Shown: positions 19,648 to 29,234 of the stretch, piece by piece
Position numbering within the stretch: position 1 is the first letter of the stretch
Layout: every line of letters starts with the position of its first letter
NCBI GenBank assembly: GCA_051892935.1
Contig: JBJFGS010000036.1
Span: 68,408-113,065 of the forward strand
DNA length: 44,658 nt
Source: Candidatus Coprovivens sp.
Lineage (GTDB): Bacteria > Bacillota_I > Bacilli_A > RF39 > UBA660
Direction: 5' to 3'
Position numbers and translations under genes: made by a program
Notes under the pieces: model-generated
What the model was told of the DNA's origin: nothing
The model's input: the letters and a program-made list of their open reading frames with translations, nothing else
Databases searched by the model: none

Positions 19648-21705
19648 ATGTTAATAAAATCAACAGCAATTCAACGATTATTAAGAGAAAACCCTATGTT
19701 AAAAGAAAGAAGATTCGGTCTTCCTTACGTTGGAGCAAGACTAGATAAAGAAGAATTTAATCCTACAGTTCAAGAAATTACAGATGCAATTGACTTTTAT
19801 GGATATAAAGTACGCGATGAAGATATTGTAAAGAAAAAAGACATAAACTTAGGTGATGGAAATCCTTTAAAATACGAGCCATTTCCACCAGCTATTGAAG
19901 AAATGATAAAATCACTTAGTTCTGGAGATATGTATAAATACCCATACACAGAAGGTGATGACAATATAAGAAAAGAATTATTAAAATACATAGAACAAGA
20001 AGGATTTATCAATACAGAACCATACGATTATGAAGACATTGATGAAAAAGGACTATCTATTCATAATATTACTTTTCTACCATCTACCTCAATTACATTT
20101 AATATTATAATAAATATTATTTCTAAACCAGGTGATGTAATATTAATACCAGGACCAAATTATGGACTATTTACAATAAGAGCAGAAAGAGCTGGGGCTG
20201 AAGTTGAAATTCTTCCACTATCAAAAGAAGATAATTTCCTTGTAAACCCCGAAAAATTAGCTAATACAATTGATGAAATAAATAATAGTCTTCAAAGAGT
20301 ATATAACCGTCGTCATGGCTATGTTCCAAGAGTAGTAGCTTTTTTAAATACCAATCCTAGTAATCCTACAGGTAAAGTCATGGGTGAAAAAGAAATAGAT
20401 TTATTAACACAAATTAGTCAAATATGCTTAGAAAGAGGTGTATTTGTAATTGATGATATGGTATATCGAGATATTACTTACGACAAAAATAACATAGCTA
20501 AACCAATTGCAACAATACCAGGAATGTTTAGGAATACTATAACACTATTTGGATTATCTAAAAGTTATGGTATGGCAAGTCTTCGAGCTGGATTTCTAAT
20601 AGCAGATGAAATTATTATAAGAGAAGTAATAAATCGTATATTCCAAGAAATGGATTCATCTCCTGACATAGTAGGAAGAGCTCTAATGGGAGCATTCAAC
20701 ACAAGTGAAAAACGTAATATCGAATACAATAAATATTTCACAAAACTAAGAGATTTGTATCAAAATAAATATTTTATACTTAAAGCCCTAGTTGAAGGAA
20801 TAGATTCTATTCAAAATAAAAAACAAAAAGAAAAAATTATCAAAACAGTTGAAGAATATACATCAAAAACAGAATCTACTAAACTGCTAAAAGGACTACC
20901 TTACACAAAATTTCCTGAAAATTTAGAACCAGATGCCGGTTTTTTTGCAATTCTAGACTTCACAGAGCTAAAAGAAAAAACATATAAAGGTAAAACAATA
21001 AAAACTGAAAAAGACTTACTAGAATTTTTCTACAAAACGAATAGATTGCGTTTCTTAATTGGTCAATCATTCTCATGGCCATATCCTAAAGAGCTAGTAG
21101 GAAGAATAACATATGCTCTTGAAGATAAAGAACTTATAGAAGCATTAGCCTTAATAAACAATTCATTACAACAACTAGTGATAGAAAACTCATATCAAAT
21201 AAGACTTAATCGTATAGAAGATCAAGAAGAAATGGCCAAAATTAAAGTAGATAGTTGGCAAGAAACATACAAAAATATTATAGATCAAAACTATTTAAAA
21301 GAACTTAACTACCAAGAACAAACAGAAAAATATATTGCCAGCTTTAACGAGTACAAAAATTCTGTTCTAGTAGCTGAAGACATAAATAGTCATAAAATAT
21401 TAGGATATGCATGTTTCTCAACAGATATAAACGAATATGCTGACTCTGAACTAGTTAGCATATACTTAGATAAAAAATATCTAAAAAAAGGTATAGGTTC
21501 ATCACTTTTTAGAGAAGTAGCAAAAGAACTAAAAAAATATAATAAAAAAACAATGATAACATGGTGTTTAAAAGACAATAAAACAGCAATAAGCTTTTAT
21601 GAAAAATTAGGCGGACTAAAAAAATTTGATAAAATGGCCAAAATTGGAAACAAAATATATCAAGAATATGGATATATTTTCAGCATTGATGACATTACAA
21701 AATAA
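19648..21705 (+). CDS. PLP-dependent class I/II aminotransferase fused to a C-terminal GNAT acetyltransferase
   Basis: NPSNPTG, DDMVY and SKSYGMASLRAG (PLP lysine); C-terminal GIGSSLF and N.TAISFYEKLG. Confidence 0.88.
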   Translation: MLIKSTAIQRLLRENPMLKERRFGLPYVGARLDKEEFNPTVQEITDAIDFYGYKVRDEDIVKKKDINLGDGNPLKYEPFPPAIEEMIKSLSSGDMYKYPYTEGDDNIRKELLKYIEQEGFINTEPYDYEDIDEKGLSIHNITFLPSTSITFNIIINIISKPGDVILIPGPNYGLFTIRAERAGAEVEILPLSKEDNFLVNPEKLANTIDEINNSLQRVYNRRHGYVPRVVAFLNTNPSNPTGKVMGEKEIDLLTQISQICLERGVFVIDDMVYRDITYDKNNIAKPIATIPGMFRNTITLFGLSKSYGMASLRAGFLIADEIIIREVINRIFQEMDSSPDIVGRALMGAFNTSEKRNIEYNKYFTKLRDLYQNKYFILKALVEGIDSIQNKKQKEKIIKTVEEYTSKTESTKLLKGLPYTKFPENLEPDAGFFAILDFTELKEKTYKGKTIKTEKDLLEFFYKTNRLRFLIGQSFSWPYPKELVGRITYALEDKELIEALALINNSLQQLVIENSYQIRLNRIEDQEEMAKIKVDSWQETYKNIIDQNYLKELNYQEQTEKYIASFNEYKNSVLVAEDINSHKILGYACFSTDINEYADSELVSIYLDKKYLKKGIGSSLFREVAKELKKYNKKTMITWCLKDNKTAISFYEKLGGLKKFDKMAKIGNKIYQEYGYIFSIDDITK

Positions 21706-21734
21706 AGACAAATAGATTCCTATTTGTCTTTATT
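21701..21734. terminator. Bidirectional terminator
   Basis: aataaagacaaatag-attc-ctatttgtctttatt. Confidence 0.8.
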
Positions 21735-21793
21735 AAATTATTAACTCATTTTTAATTAAAAAATAATATTAATACCAAAGATAATTATTTATT

Positions 21794-22054
21794 CTATTGA
21801 TTATTCATAACACTTACAATAGTATCTAAAAAATTTTCAATATCCCGCATAGATTCATGACTAGAACGAACCTTTTTAGCATATTGACCAAAAGATTGCT
21901 CGTATTTTTCTGCATAATCACCTTGAAAAGATGAATTTAATGAATCCATTGATTTTATGATACTATCCAAATTATCTATACAATCCTTATTAATTTTCTC
22001 CATTTCTTGTTTCCATGAAGCCATTGCATCAGTATCAACATAAACATTAGCCAT
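21794..22054 (-). CDS. WXG100/ESAT-6-like protein
   Basis: 86 aa, VYVDTDAM N-terminus, two amphipathic helices with central SSFQGDYA. Confidence 0.7.
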   Translation of the reverse strand: MANVYVDTDAMASWKQEMEKINKDCIDNLDSIIKSMDSLNSSFQGDYAEKYEQSFGQYAKKVRSSHESMRDIENFLDTIVSVMNNQ

Positions 22055-23048
22055 TCATAACAGCCTCCTTACCTATTGGATTAGCAAAAATTGTTCCACC
22101 ACGACTATTTTTAAATTCACTTAAAGATAAAGTTCTAGTTCCCCAATCCGTTTGAGCTACTGCAAAACTATCTGAAGTACCATTGTAATTACCATCTTGT
22201 ATTACTATCTTATCATTAGCTTCATCTACTTCAATTACTATTCCCACATGTCCATATTGTTCATTTAAACCAGTTGAAAACACAGCACCAGCTACAGGAG
22301 TATCAGATTGATAAAATTTATCTCCATGAGCTTTTATCAACTGCGATACGCAACCATTTCCATTTGTCGTAAAGCCAGGACTATACCCATATATCTCATA
22401 AAACCTTCCCCAAGCAAACCATGTACATTGCCCAACATTACTATAAGCATAAGGATTTTTACCAATCCACGCATCAGTCTCCGCAAAATTAGGATTTCTA
22501 TTCTCATCATTAATAATACCAGAAGAAACAGAAACAACAAATTTACTCATATCAAAACCACTATCAATTTTACCAAAATAATCATTAGCATTATTAAATA
22601 TATCCGCAGTACTAACAACTTGAGTTGCAGATATTATAGAATACTGCTGACTATAGGTATCAGTAATACTATTCAATTTATTATTAATTTCTAATTTTAA
22701 ACTATCCTTACTTGTTACATTAGAAGATATTAAGCCGCTTAATCTTTCATATTCATTAGAATAATTACTAGCATCTTTATCCAATAAAGATCTTTCTCTA
22801 GTATACTTATCAATATTATCAACAGCAATATCATATTCATCTATTTTAGATAATACCTCTATCATACTATTCAATAGTTTAATTTGTGAATTTAACGCAG
22901 TATTTGAATTTTTAATATTACTACTTTGTTTATCACATGCATTACCTTGCCACAAAGAAGCTAAATCTAATTCAGATATATATTCATTTAACTGAGTTAA
23001 ATAGCTAATTTTATTACTAATTTGAGTACCATAACTAGAATAAGCCAT
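22047..23048 (-). CDS. WXG-like helical N-terminus plus CHAP peptidoglycan hydrolase
   Basis: LWQG in the N-terminal hairpin; C-terminal GQCTWFAWGR, GHVGIV and IQDGNY; no signal peptide. Confidence 0.85.
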   Translation of the reverse strand: MAYSSYGTQISNKISYLTQLNEYISELDLASLWQGNACDKQSSNIKNSNTALNSQIKLLNSMIEVLSKIDEYDIAVDNIDKYTRERSLLDKDASNYSNEYERLSGLISSNVTSKDSLKLEINNKLNSITDTYSQQYSIISATQVVSTADIFNNANDYFGKIDSGFDMSKFVVSVSSGIINDENRNPNFAETDAWIGKNPYAYSNVGQCTWFAWGRFYEIYGYSPGFTTNGNGCVSQLIKAHGDKFYQSDTPVAGAVFSTGLNEQYGHVGIVIEVDEANDKIVIQDGNYNGTSDSFAVAQTDWGTRTLSLSEFKNSRGGTIFANPIGKEAVMNG

Positions 23049-23063
23049 ATTATCACCTTCTTA

Positions 23064-23354
23064 CTATGAATAATTCGTTTCATGTTCAACAATATTTTCA
23101 GACTTTTTAATCAAACATTGAACATAATTTTCTAAACCAGAAACAAAATTATTATATGAAGATATATATCCCTTTGCTGTATTTATATATGATGTTTTAA
23201 CATCATCATCAAGCCAAGAACTAGAACCATCCATGGAATTAACTAGTTTTTCTAACGCTTTAACATTTTCTTTATATAAAGATATAGTGTCTTTAACGTC
23301 ATTTACTATTACATTTATTCCATCTTCATCATGTAAAAAAACATCACTTGCCAT
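23064..23354 (-). CDS. WXG100-like protein
   Basis: About 96 aa helical hairpin with central SSSWLD; start reassigned to MASD behind AGGAG. Confidence 0.6.
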   Translation of the reverse strand: MASDVFLHDEDGINVIVNDVKDTISLYKENVKALEKLVNSMDGSSSWLDDDVKTSYINTAKGYISSYNNFVSGLENYVQCLIKKSENIVEHETNYS

Positions 23355-23369
23355 TTTACACACTCCTAT

Positions 23370-24476
23370 CTACAAAGTAGTAACTTCACTTTTAGAATTA
23401 TTCGAACTATCACTTTCATCCATTTTAGCTGCATCAGTTTTAATTAATTCAAAAAAGTTACCTTTATTTACAATTTTTGTAATATTTTGATTCCATTCAG
23501 GGTGACATGTAGAAGTCCCAGGATTAACATGCATCGGACTACCATACCAAGAACTTTTATCTACTACAAATTCAACAACACAGTGTCCATTATTATGTCC
23601 CCATTCCGTACATCCGGCATCACTTTGACTCTTTATATCACCTATTACACATTTTATAACAGTTCCATCTTCTTGATAAACATCTATAAAATCACCAACA
23701 TTACCAAATGTTGTAGTAGTAGCAACAACATATCTATCTCCTATTTTAGCAAATCCTTCTTCATCAAAATTCATTCCAGCAGCTTCACGTAATCTATATT
23801 GTCTAGAAGAAACAGACGTAATACATTGCCACCCCATATATGAATGAACACTACCTAAACCTTCAGGTAAAGTAACAGTAACACCTTCAATATCCTCTAA
23901 ATACTTTTCAATACCTTCATAATTATATACTCCTCCAGCAGGAACATTATAATCAGCACTAGTTAAAGAACTGGATGAAAAATTATTATTATATACGGTT
24001 GTTCCACTAGGACCGGTACTATAAGAATAAGTATAGTTACCAGAAGAAGAACCAGAATAATTACTATAAGAACCAGAAGATGACAATGAAGTTGCAGTCG
24101 CACCTGCAGTTGACCAAGTTACTTTTTCAGTAGAAGTTTGAGCAGCTGTTGTTAAAGTATCAACGGAAGTATTTGGAACTTCAACATCAGATTCATCTTG
24201 AGTCAAATTTTCACTATCAATCTCCATAATACATTTTACATATGTATTCATATTTTGGGAAACATGTTCTAAATCAGTATACACATTTCCAATACTATCA
24301 GCAATTATGTTAGCCTTTTCAACTAATGAAGAAAAATCTTTATGACTAGGAATAGATTTTAAAGATTCTTCGACAGATGATATAGAATCACTTGTATCAG
24401 ATACTTTAGATATCAATTCAGTAGTTAAAGATTCCAATTGACTCTTATTAACTTTTATTACACTCATTACATTCAC
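23370..24476 (-). CDS. Helical WXG-like N-terminus, Ser/Thr-rich linker and putative 3D/double-psi-barrel-like cell-wall-active domain
   Basis: IKVNKSQLESL start; linker; C-terminal DRYVVATTTTFGNVGDFIDV..DG..IKCVIGDIK. The C-terminal fold call is inference. Confidence 0.55.
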   Translation of the reverse strand: MNVMSVIKVNKSQLESLTTELISKVSDTSDSISSVEESLKSIPSHKDFSSLVEKANIIADSIGNVYTDLEHVSQNMNTYVKCIMEIDSENLTQDESDVEVPNTSVDTLTTAAQTSTEKVTWSTAGATATSLSSSGSYSNYSGSSSGNYTYSYSTGPSGTTVYNNNFSSSSLTSADYNVPAGGVYNYEGIEKYLEDIEGVTVTLPEGLGSVHSYMGWQCITSVSSRQYRLREAAGMNFDEEGFAKIGDRYVVATTTTFGNVGDFIDVYQEDGTVIKCVIGDIKSQSDAGCTEWGHNNGHCVVEFVVDKSSWYGSPMHVNPGTSTCHPEWNQNITKIVNKGNFFELIKTDAAKMDESDSSNNSKSEVTTL

Positions 24477-24573
24477 CTACACTACTCTAATTATAACATA
24501 ACAATCAATTACATTTAAAAAAAATAACAAGAATCAAAAACTTGTTACTTATTTTTATAATTTATTATATATT

Positions 24574-25161
24574 TTAATTATTTTGATTATTTATATCATT
24601 ATTTGAACTTGATTGAATAACATTGTTACTTGATTGTATAGTTTGTGGATAAACATCAACATTACTATACAATCCATTAGATTGTTCAAATACTTGAGTA
24701 TCTAAAATTTTTTGCTTTTTTCCATTTTTAATACTAGACACCATAATAAATATTCCTGCCAAAGTAAACATAACAGCAATTAATGGTAAAAAAATATTAG
24801 TACTATCGGATGCCCAAATAGCATCTTGTGGATTACTAGGGTTATACTTAATTGAAACTTCTGTCCCTATACTCTTTGGCATACTTGAATATACATTTGA
24901 GACTTTCTGATAAGTTTGTCCATCTACTTCATACTCAACAACAATAGCTTGTAATCCCTCATCATCAGATACATAATCAACAACTTTTGAAGTAATCTCA
25001 ACAAAAGTTTTATTCTTTTCACTATAAGTTTTAATAGTTAAAAAAGAAAAATATAACAATGCAATACCAACAACGAAAAAAATCAATCCAAACAAAACTC
25101 CATGCCAAGGTTTCATTTGCTTAGGTTTAACATTACTACCAGTTGAAAGATTTACATTCAT
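24574..25161 (-). CDS. DUF3592-like membrane protein
   Basis: TM, then IVVEYEVDGQTY...IGTEVSIKYNPSNP, then TM; start reassigned behind AAGGAGGTG. Confidence 0.8.
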   Translation of the reverse strand: MNVNLSTGSNVKPKQMKPWHGVLFGLIFFVVGIALLYFSFLTIKTYSEKNKTFVEITSKVVDYVSDDEGLQAIVVEYEVDGQTYQKVSNVYSSMPKSIGTEVSIKYNPSNPQDAIWASDSTNIFLPLIAVMFTLAGIFIMVSSIKNGKKQKILDTQVFEQSNGLYSNVDVYPQTIQSSNNVIQSSSNNDINNQNN

Positions 25162-25299
25162 AAAGCACCTCCTTTTCAAAAAATATGGATTCAATCTTAA
25201 AACTATAAAACAATTAAGAAAGCTTCCTTCTATTATGTAATTATATCATACATAATTATAATTTAATAATATGTAATATTTAAAAAACAATTATATTAA

Positions 25300-26247
25300 T
25301 TAATCACATACAGCATTAGCAAATTCAAGACATAACCCAATAATATATTCTTTCCTCTTAAGTTCATTTAACCAATCATTTGGTAGATCCATATAATAAA
25401 TACCACACAAACCACCAACTAAAGCCGCTATAGTGTCAGTATCATTACCAAGTTTTATTGCATTAATAACACAATTTTTATAGTTATCCTTACTCATAAA
25501 AACCCACATAACAGCTTCTAAAGTATCAACAACAAATCCTAAACCACTTACATCTTCACTATCTAACAAAGTAATATCATCATCAATTAATCTCTTATAA
25601 TAACTTCTAGTATCTTTATCAAACATACTATAATCATAACTTCTTATATATAAATAAGCTACTTCTTTACTACTGCCTTTTAGTAACTGAATAACAAACA
25701 ATACATATATAAAACAACCCATAACGCTTATATTATGACTATGTGTTAACGAAGATATATCTTTAACTAAATTAAACACTTCACTTTCACTAAGATTTCT
25801 ATAATAACAATAACAAGCAATAGGTAATATTCTCATTAAACTACCATTCCCATTGTCTTTAAATTCTCCTTGACCACAATTAATAGGATTCTTATATTGC
25901 TCAAACTCATCCCTATATCTATAACACTTTAAGGCATTTAATGTTGTTCTACCTATCCCAAAAGTATAACCATTAATATTAAAATCTTTTTTATCAGCCC
26001 ACAACATAAAATTATCCATAATACTTTTATAACTAATAATACCTTTATTATCTATTATAGATTTCATAGTTGCTATAACCATACTACTATCATCAGACCA
26101 AGTCCCTTTTGCTACATTATGTGAACCATTGCCTATCATATCAACAGTACCTATGTATTCTCTTTTTTTAAACTCATAAGGTACACCTACCGCATCACCT
26201 AATATAAAACCTAAAATACCATTTTTTATAGATTCTTCTTTATTCAT
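25300..26247 (-). CDS. ADP-ribosylglycohydrolase (DraG/ARH family)
   Basis: GDAVGVPYEF, GTWSDDSS, GNGSLMRILP, LTH and GNDTDTIAALVG; start reassigned to MNKEES. Confidence 0.93.
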   Translation of the reverse strand: MNKEESIKNGILGFILGDAVGVPYEFKKREYIGTVDMIGNGSHNVAKGTWSDDSSMVIATMKSIIDNKGIISYKSIMDNFMLWADKKDFNINGYTFGIGRTTLNALKCYRYRDEFEQYKNPINCGQGEFKDNGNGSLMRILPIACYCYYRNLSESEVFNLVKDISSLTHSHNISVMGCFIYVLFVIQLLKGSSKEVAYLYIRSYDYSMFDKDTRSYYKRLIDDDITLLDSEDVSGLGFVVDTLEAVMWVFMSKDNYKNCVINAIKLGNDTDTIAALVGGLCGIYYMDLPNDWLNELKRKEYIIGLCLEFANAVCD

Positions 26248-26519
26248 AGTTACACCTACTTCATTTATCCACAATATTTTACGCAAAAACACGGCAAATA
26301 AAAAAATCAAAAATTATATAAAATACCATACTTCTTTCTTATACAGAAGTATAACATATATATTACATTATTTTTTCACTCCTTTTTTAAGCAACAAAAA
26401 AATCGTGAAATCCATTATAGAATCACGATTTATTATATGTTTAACTCCAAAAAGTTAGAGTAAATTCACATATGGCACGATTTTAAAGGCAATTCCCAAT
26501 TTTTATTTTTACAGCTTTC

Positions 26520-27275
26520 TTATTTGTTTCTATTATATTTCATTGCAGCTGTAGGAAAATCTTTTTTTGTATCTAAAAGAGTTCCATTTAATTTTTGATT
26601 ATACATTTCATTTGCGAATGCTCTAATGGCATTAACTATTTTATCTGCTATTTCTCTACTGATAGCATATCTTTTACACTCTTCATCTGTAATATTAACA
26701 GATTTCAGATGAAATTCAAAGAAAATATCGGCTAAATCTTTTCCTTCTTCTATTTTCTTTACAACAAACGAATGATTTCTTAATTCCGGAATAATTCTTG
26801 GATCATCCATATCAATGTTTTTTTCACTTTGGTATTTTATAAAAGTAGTAGATGAGTGAACTCTATCTATCATATTAACTATTTTAGATTCAATATCAAC
26901 TCTATTTTCATAATTATTCAATATTGTTCTGAGATCTAATACATTATCAAATCTATTAGATAAATAATCAATAGCTAAATTTGTTACCCGTCTTATTTCA
27001 TCATCAGAAACTCCTTCAAATTTAGTTATGTCTCCAGTAATTGCTTCTGGCAAATCATGACACATTATGTAATCATTAATTTTATTATAATCTATATTAT
27101 CAGGAAAATATTTTTTTAAAATTCTTGCAATCAATAGCAAATCTAATATATGATTTTTAACATCTTCAAGTCTTTTACGTTCTATTTGCCAAAGTAAAGG
27201 ACCTGTTCTTTCTGTATCCCCTAATATATCAAAGACCATAAATAATTTTACATCTTTAGCAAAACTATATTCCAT
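26520..27275 (-). CDS. HD-domain phosphohydrolase (YfbR-like)
   Basis: RTG..W...EDVKNH, CHDLPEAITGDI and distal D. Confidence 0.82.
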   Translation of the reverse strand: MEYSFAKDVKLFMVFDILGDTERTGPLLWQIERKRLEDVKNHILDLLLIARILKKYFPDNIDYNKINDYIMCHDLPEAITGDITKFEGVSDDEIRRVTNLAIDYLSNRFDNVLDLRTILNNYENRVDIESKIVNMIDRVHSSTTFIKYQSEKNIDMDDPRIIPELRNHSFVVKKIEEGKDLADIFFEFHLKSVNITDEECKRYAISREIADKIVNAIRAFANEMYNQKLNGTLLDTKKDFPTAAMKYNRNK

Positions 27276-27300
27276 TTTTTTTCTTCTCTCTAATTAAAAT

Positions 27301-27330
27301 ATAAAACTTGATACTTTCGTACCAAGTTTA
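27301..27330 (-). terminator. tRNA-Trp terminator
   Basis: Minus strand aaacttggtac-gaaa-gtatcaagtttt. Confidence 0.7.
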
Positions 27331-27364
27331 TCTTAACGAACACATTGGTTCGACTAAATCTTAA

Positions 27365-27438
27365 TGGCAGGGGTAGCAGGAGTTGAACCCACATCAGCGG
27401 TTTTGGAGACCGTTATTCTACCATTGAACTATACCCCT
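27365..27438 (-). tRNA. tRNA-Trp (CCA)
   Basis: Reverse complement AGGGGTATAGTTCAATGGTAGAATAACGGTCTCCAAAACCGCTGATGTGGGTTCAACTCCTGCTACCCCTGCCA; anticodon CCA, encoded 3' CCA. Confidence 0.97.
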
Positions 27439-27551
27439 AAAAAAGTAAGCAATTTCATTATATCACAATTTTATTTTTGTGCAAGTTTTTTTAGCTATAT
27501 AGTCTTTAATAATAAGATAAAAATGTTATAATGTACTTGAGGATGATTTAT

Positions 27552-28553
27552 ATGCAAATATTAGAAACTTTATCAAATACAATACTAAATAAAATGGAAT
27601 TATATAGATTAGCTCTTATTATAAAATATATAATCAACATACTATTTATAGTAGTACCAATTATTATAATTATACTAAGTATAATAGATATATCTAAAAC
27701 CATTTTCAAACCATATAACTTTAAAGATAATATAAAAAAACCAGTAAATAGAATAATAGCTGGATTAGCATTATTTCTTTTACCAACTGTTATTCAATAT
27801 TGTTTTTCATTAATTGACACTTATGATAATTCAAAAATACTTTCTTACTATAATGAAGCTAGTATAGAAAAAATAAACACCTTAAAAGAAAAATACAAAA
27901 TACAAAAAAAAGCTGAAGATGCTAAAAAAGAAGCAGAAAATAAAGAATTATATTTAAAACAAGAAGAAGAAATTAGAAAAAGAAATGAACAGCTAGAACA
28001 AATAAGAGAAGCACTAAAAAATGAATATGGAGAATCAAGTGGAAGTTATAATGGTGATTCAGTATCAAGTGGAACTTATGGCAGTGTAAAATTTGAAAAT
28101 GGAGTATTTTATATTCCAAATCAACGAGCTACAAGTGATGCAGACATTCCAAAACAAGCTGGACAATATGGTTTAAATCCAGTTTTTTGGGAAAGACTAA
28201 GTGCTTTAATATCAGATGCCAAAGCTAACGGATACAACATTACTGTAACAAGTGGATGGAGATCTTATTCAAGTCAAAGAAGTCTTTGGGATAACTCAAA
28301 CCGCCCATGCAGTGAAAGAAACAAATGGGTTGCATGTCCTGGAGGATCAAGACATGGATTTGGCATTGCAGCAGATCTGAGCTTTAATGGTACTAGTTGT
28401 AGTGGTAACTGGGATTGTAATAAAGCTGCAGCTTGGGCTCATGCTAACGCAAGCAACTATGGCTTAACTTTCAGAATGTCTTGGGAACCATGGCACATAG
28501 AACCAGATCAAATAAGCGGAGGAAGCTTTGGAAGTTGTACCGCAACTTGTTAG
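27552..28553 (+). CDS. Membrane-anchored M15B (VanY-like) D,D-carboxypeptidase/endopeptidase with two-TM N-terminus and coiled-coil stalk
   Basis: SGWRS..Q, SRHGFGIAAD and EPWH zinc-peptidase motifs. Confidence 0.88.
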   Translation: MQILETLSNTILNKMELYRLALIIKYIINILFIVVPIIIIILSIIDISKTIFKPYNFKDNIKKPVNRIIAGLALFLLPTVIQYCFSLIDTYDNSKILSYYNEASIEKINTLKEKYKIQKKAEDAKKEAENKELYLKQEEEIRKRNEQLEQIREALKNEYGESSGSYNGDSVSSGTYGSVKFENGVFYIPNQRATSDADIPKQAGQYGLNPVFWERLSALISDAKANGYNITVTSGWRSYSSQRSLWDNSNRPCSERNKWVACPGGSRHGFGIAADLSFNGTSCSGNWDCNKAAAWAHANASNYGLTFRMSWEPWHIEPDQISGGSFGSCTATC

Positions 28554-28563
28554 GAGTGATAAT

Positions 28564-29217
28564 ATGAAAAAAGTTTTATTATTGTTAATAACTTTAGTTT
28601 TATTAACAGGTTGTACTGCAACATATAATATAAATATTAAAGACGAAACAATAGAAGATTCTATAAAGATATATACAGATAGCAAAAATGTTCAAAGTGC
28701 TGACAAAAAAACTATAACTCAATTCTCAGAAAAATTAGGTGAATGGGAAAGAGGATACGAATACTACAAAAGAGAGCTATACACAGCAGATAAAATAACA
28801 GGATACAATTATACGTACACTTTTAATTACGAAGAATATGATGCAATGAGTCAATTAAGAAAATGTTACAAAGACTTTAAAATCACTAACGAAAATAATA
28901 ATATAACACTAAGTACTAGCAATGAATTCTTATGTAAAACATATTATGAAGAAATAGACAAAATAGAAATTAACATTTCAAGTGAATATAAAATAACAGA
29001 ATCTAATGCCGATATAAAAGAAAACAATATTCATACTTGGAACATAAATAAAAATAACTATAAAAATAAACCAATAATAATAAAAATAAACAAAAATACT
29101 GAAAGTAAAAAAGAAGAAAAAAAGAAAAAAAATAACAACACATTCCAATTATTAATAACTATACTATTTTTCACATTAGTTCTTATTCTAATAATTAGAA
29201 AAAAGAAAAATAAATAA
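28564..29217 (+). CDS. Lipoprotein with C-terminal TM anchor
   Basis: MKKVLLLLITLVLLTGC lipobox behind AGGAG; C-terminal hydrophobic helix plus basic tail. Confidence 0.82.
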   Translation: MKKVLLLLITLVLLTGCTATYNINIKDETIEDSIKIYTDSKNVQSADKKTITQFSEKLGEWERGYEYYKRELYTADKITGYNYTYTFNYEEYDAMSQLRKCYKDFKITNENNNITLSTSNEFLCKTYYEEIDKIEINISSEYKITESNADIKENNIHTWNINKNNYKNKPIIIKINKNTESKKEEKKKKNNNTFQLLITILFFTLVLILIIRKKKNK

Positions 29218-29234
29218 TTGCTAGGAGTGATACT

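Noticed and set aside
21794-24476. Prophage lysis or tail module
   Set aside because: No holin, structural, terminase or integrase genes nearby; flanks are chromosomal.
26328-26352. ATACTTCT-N9-AGAAGTAT palindrome upstream of the ARH gene as an NrtR box
   Set aside because: Single copy, and does not match the three-copy motif of the NAD operon.
26400-27438. Integrated element at tRNA-Trp
   Set aside because: No duplicated tRNA 3' end and no integrase seen.
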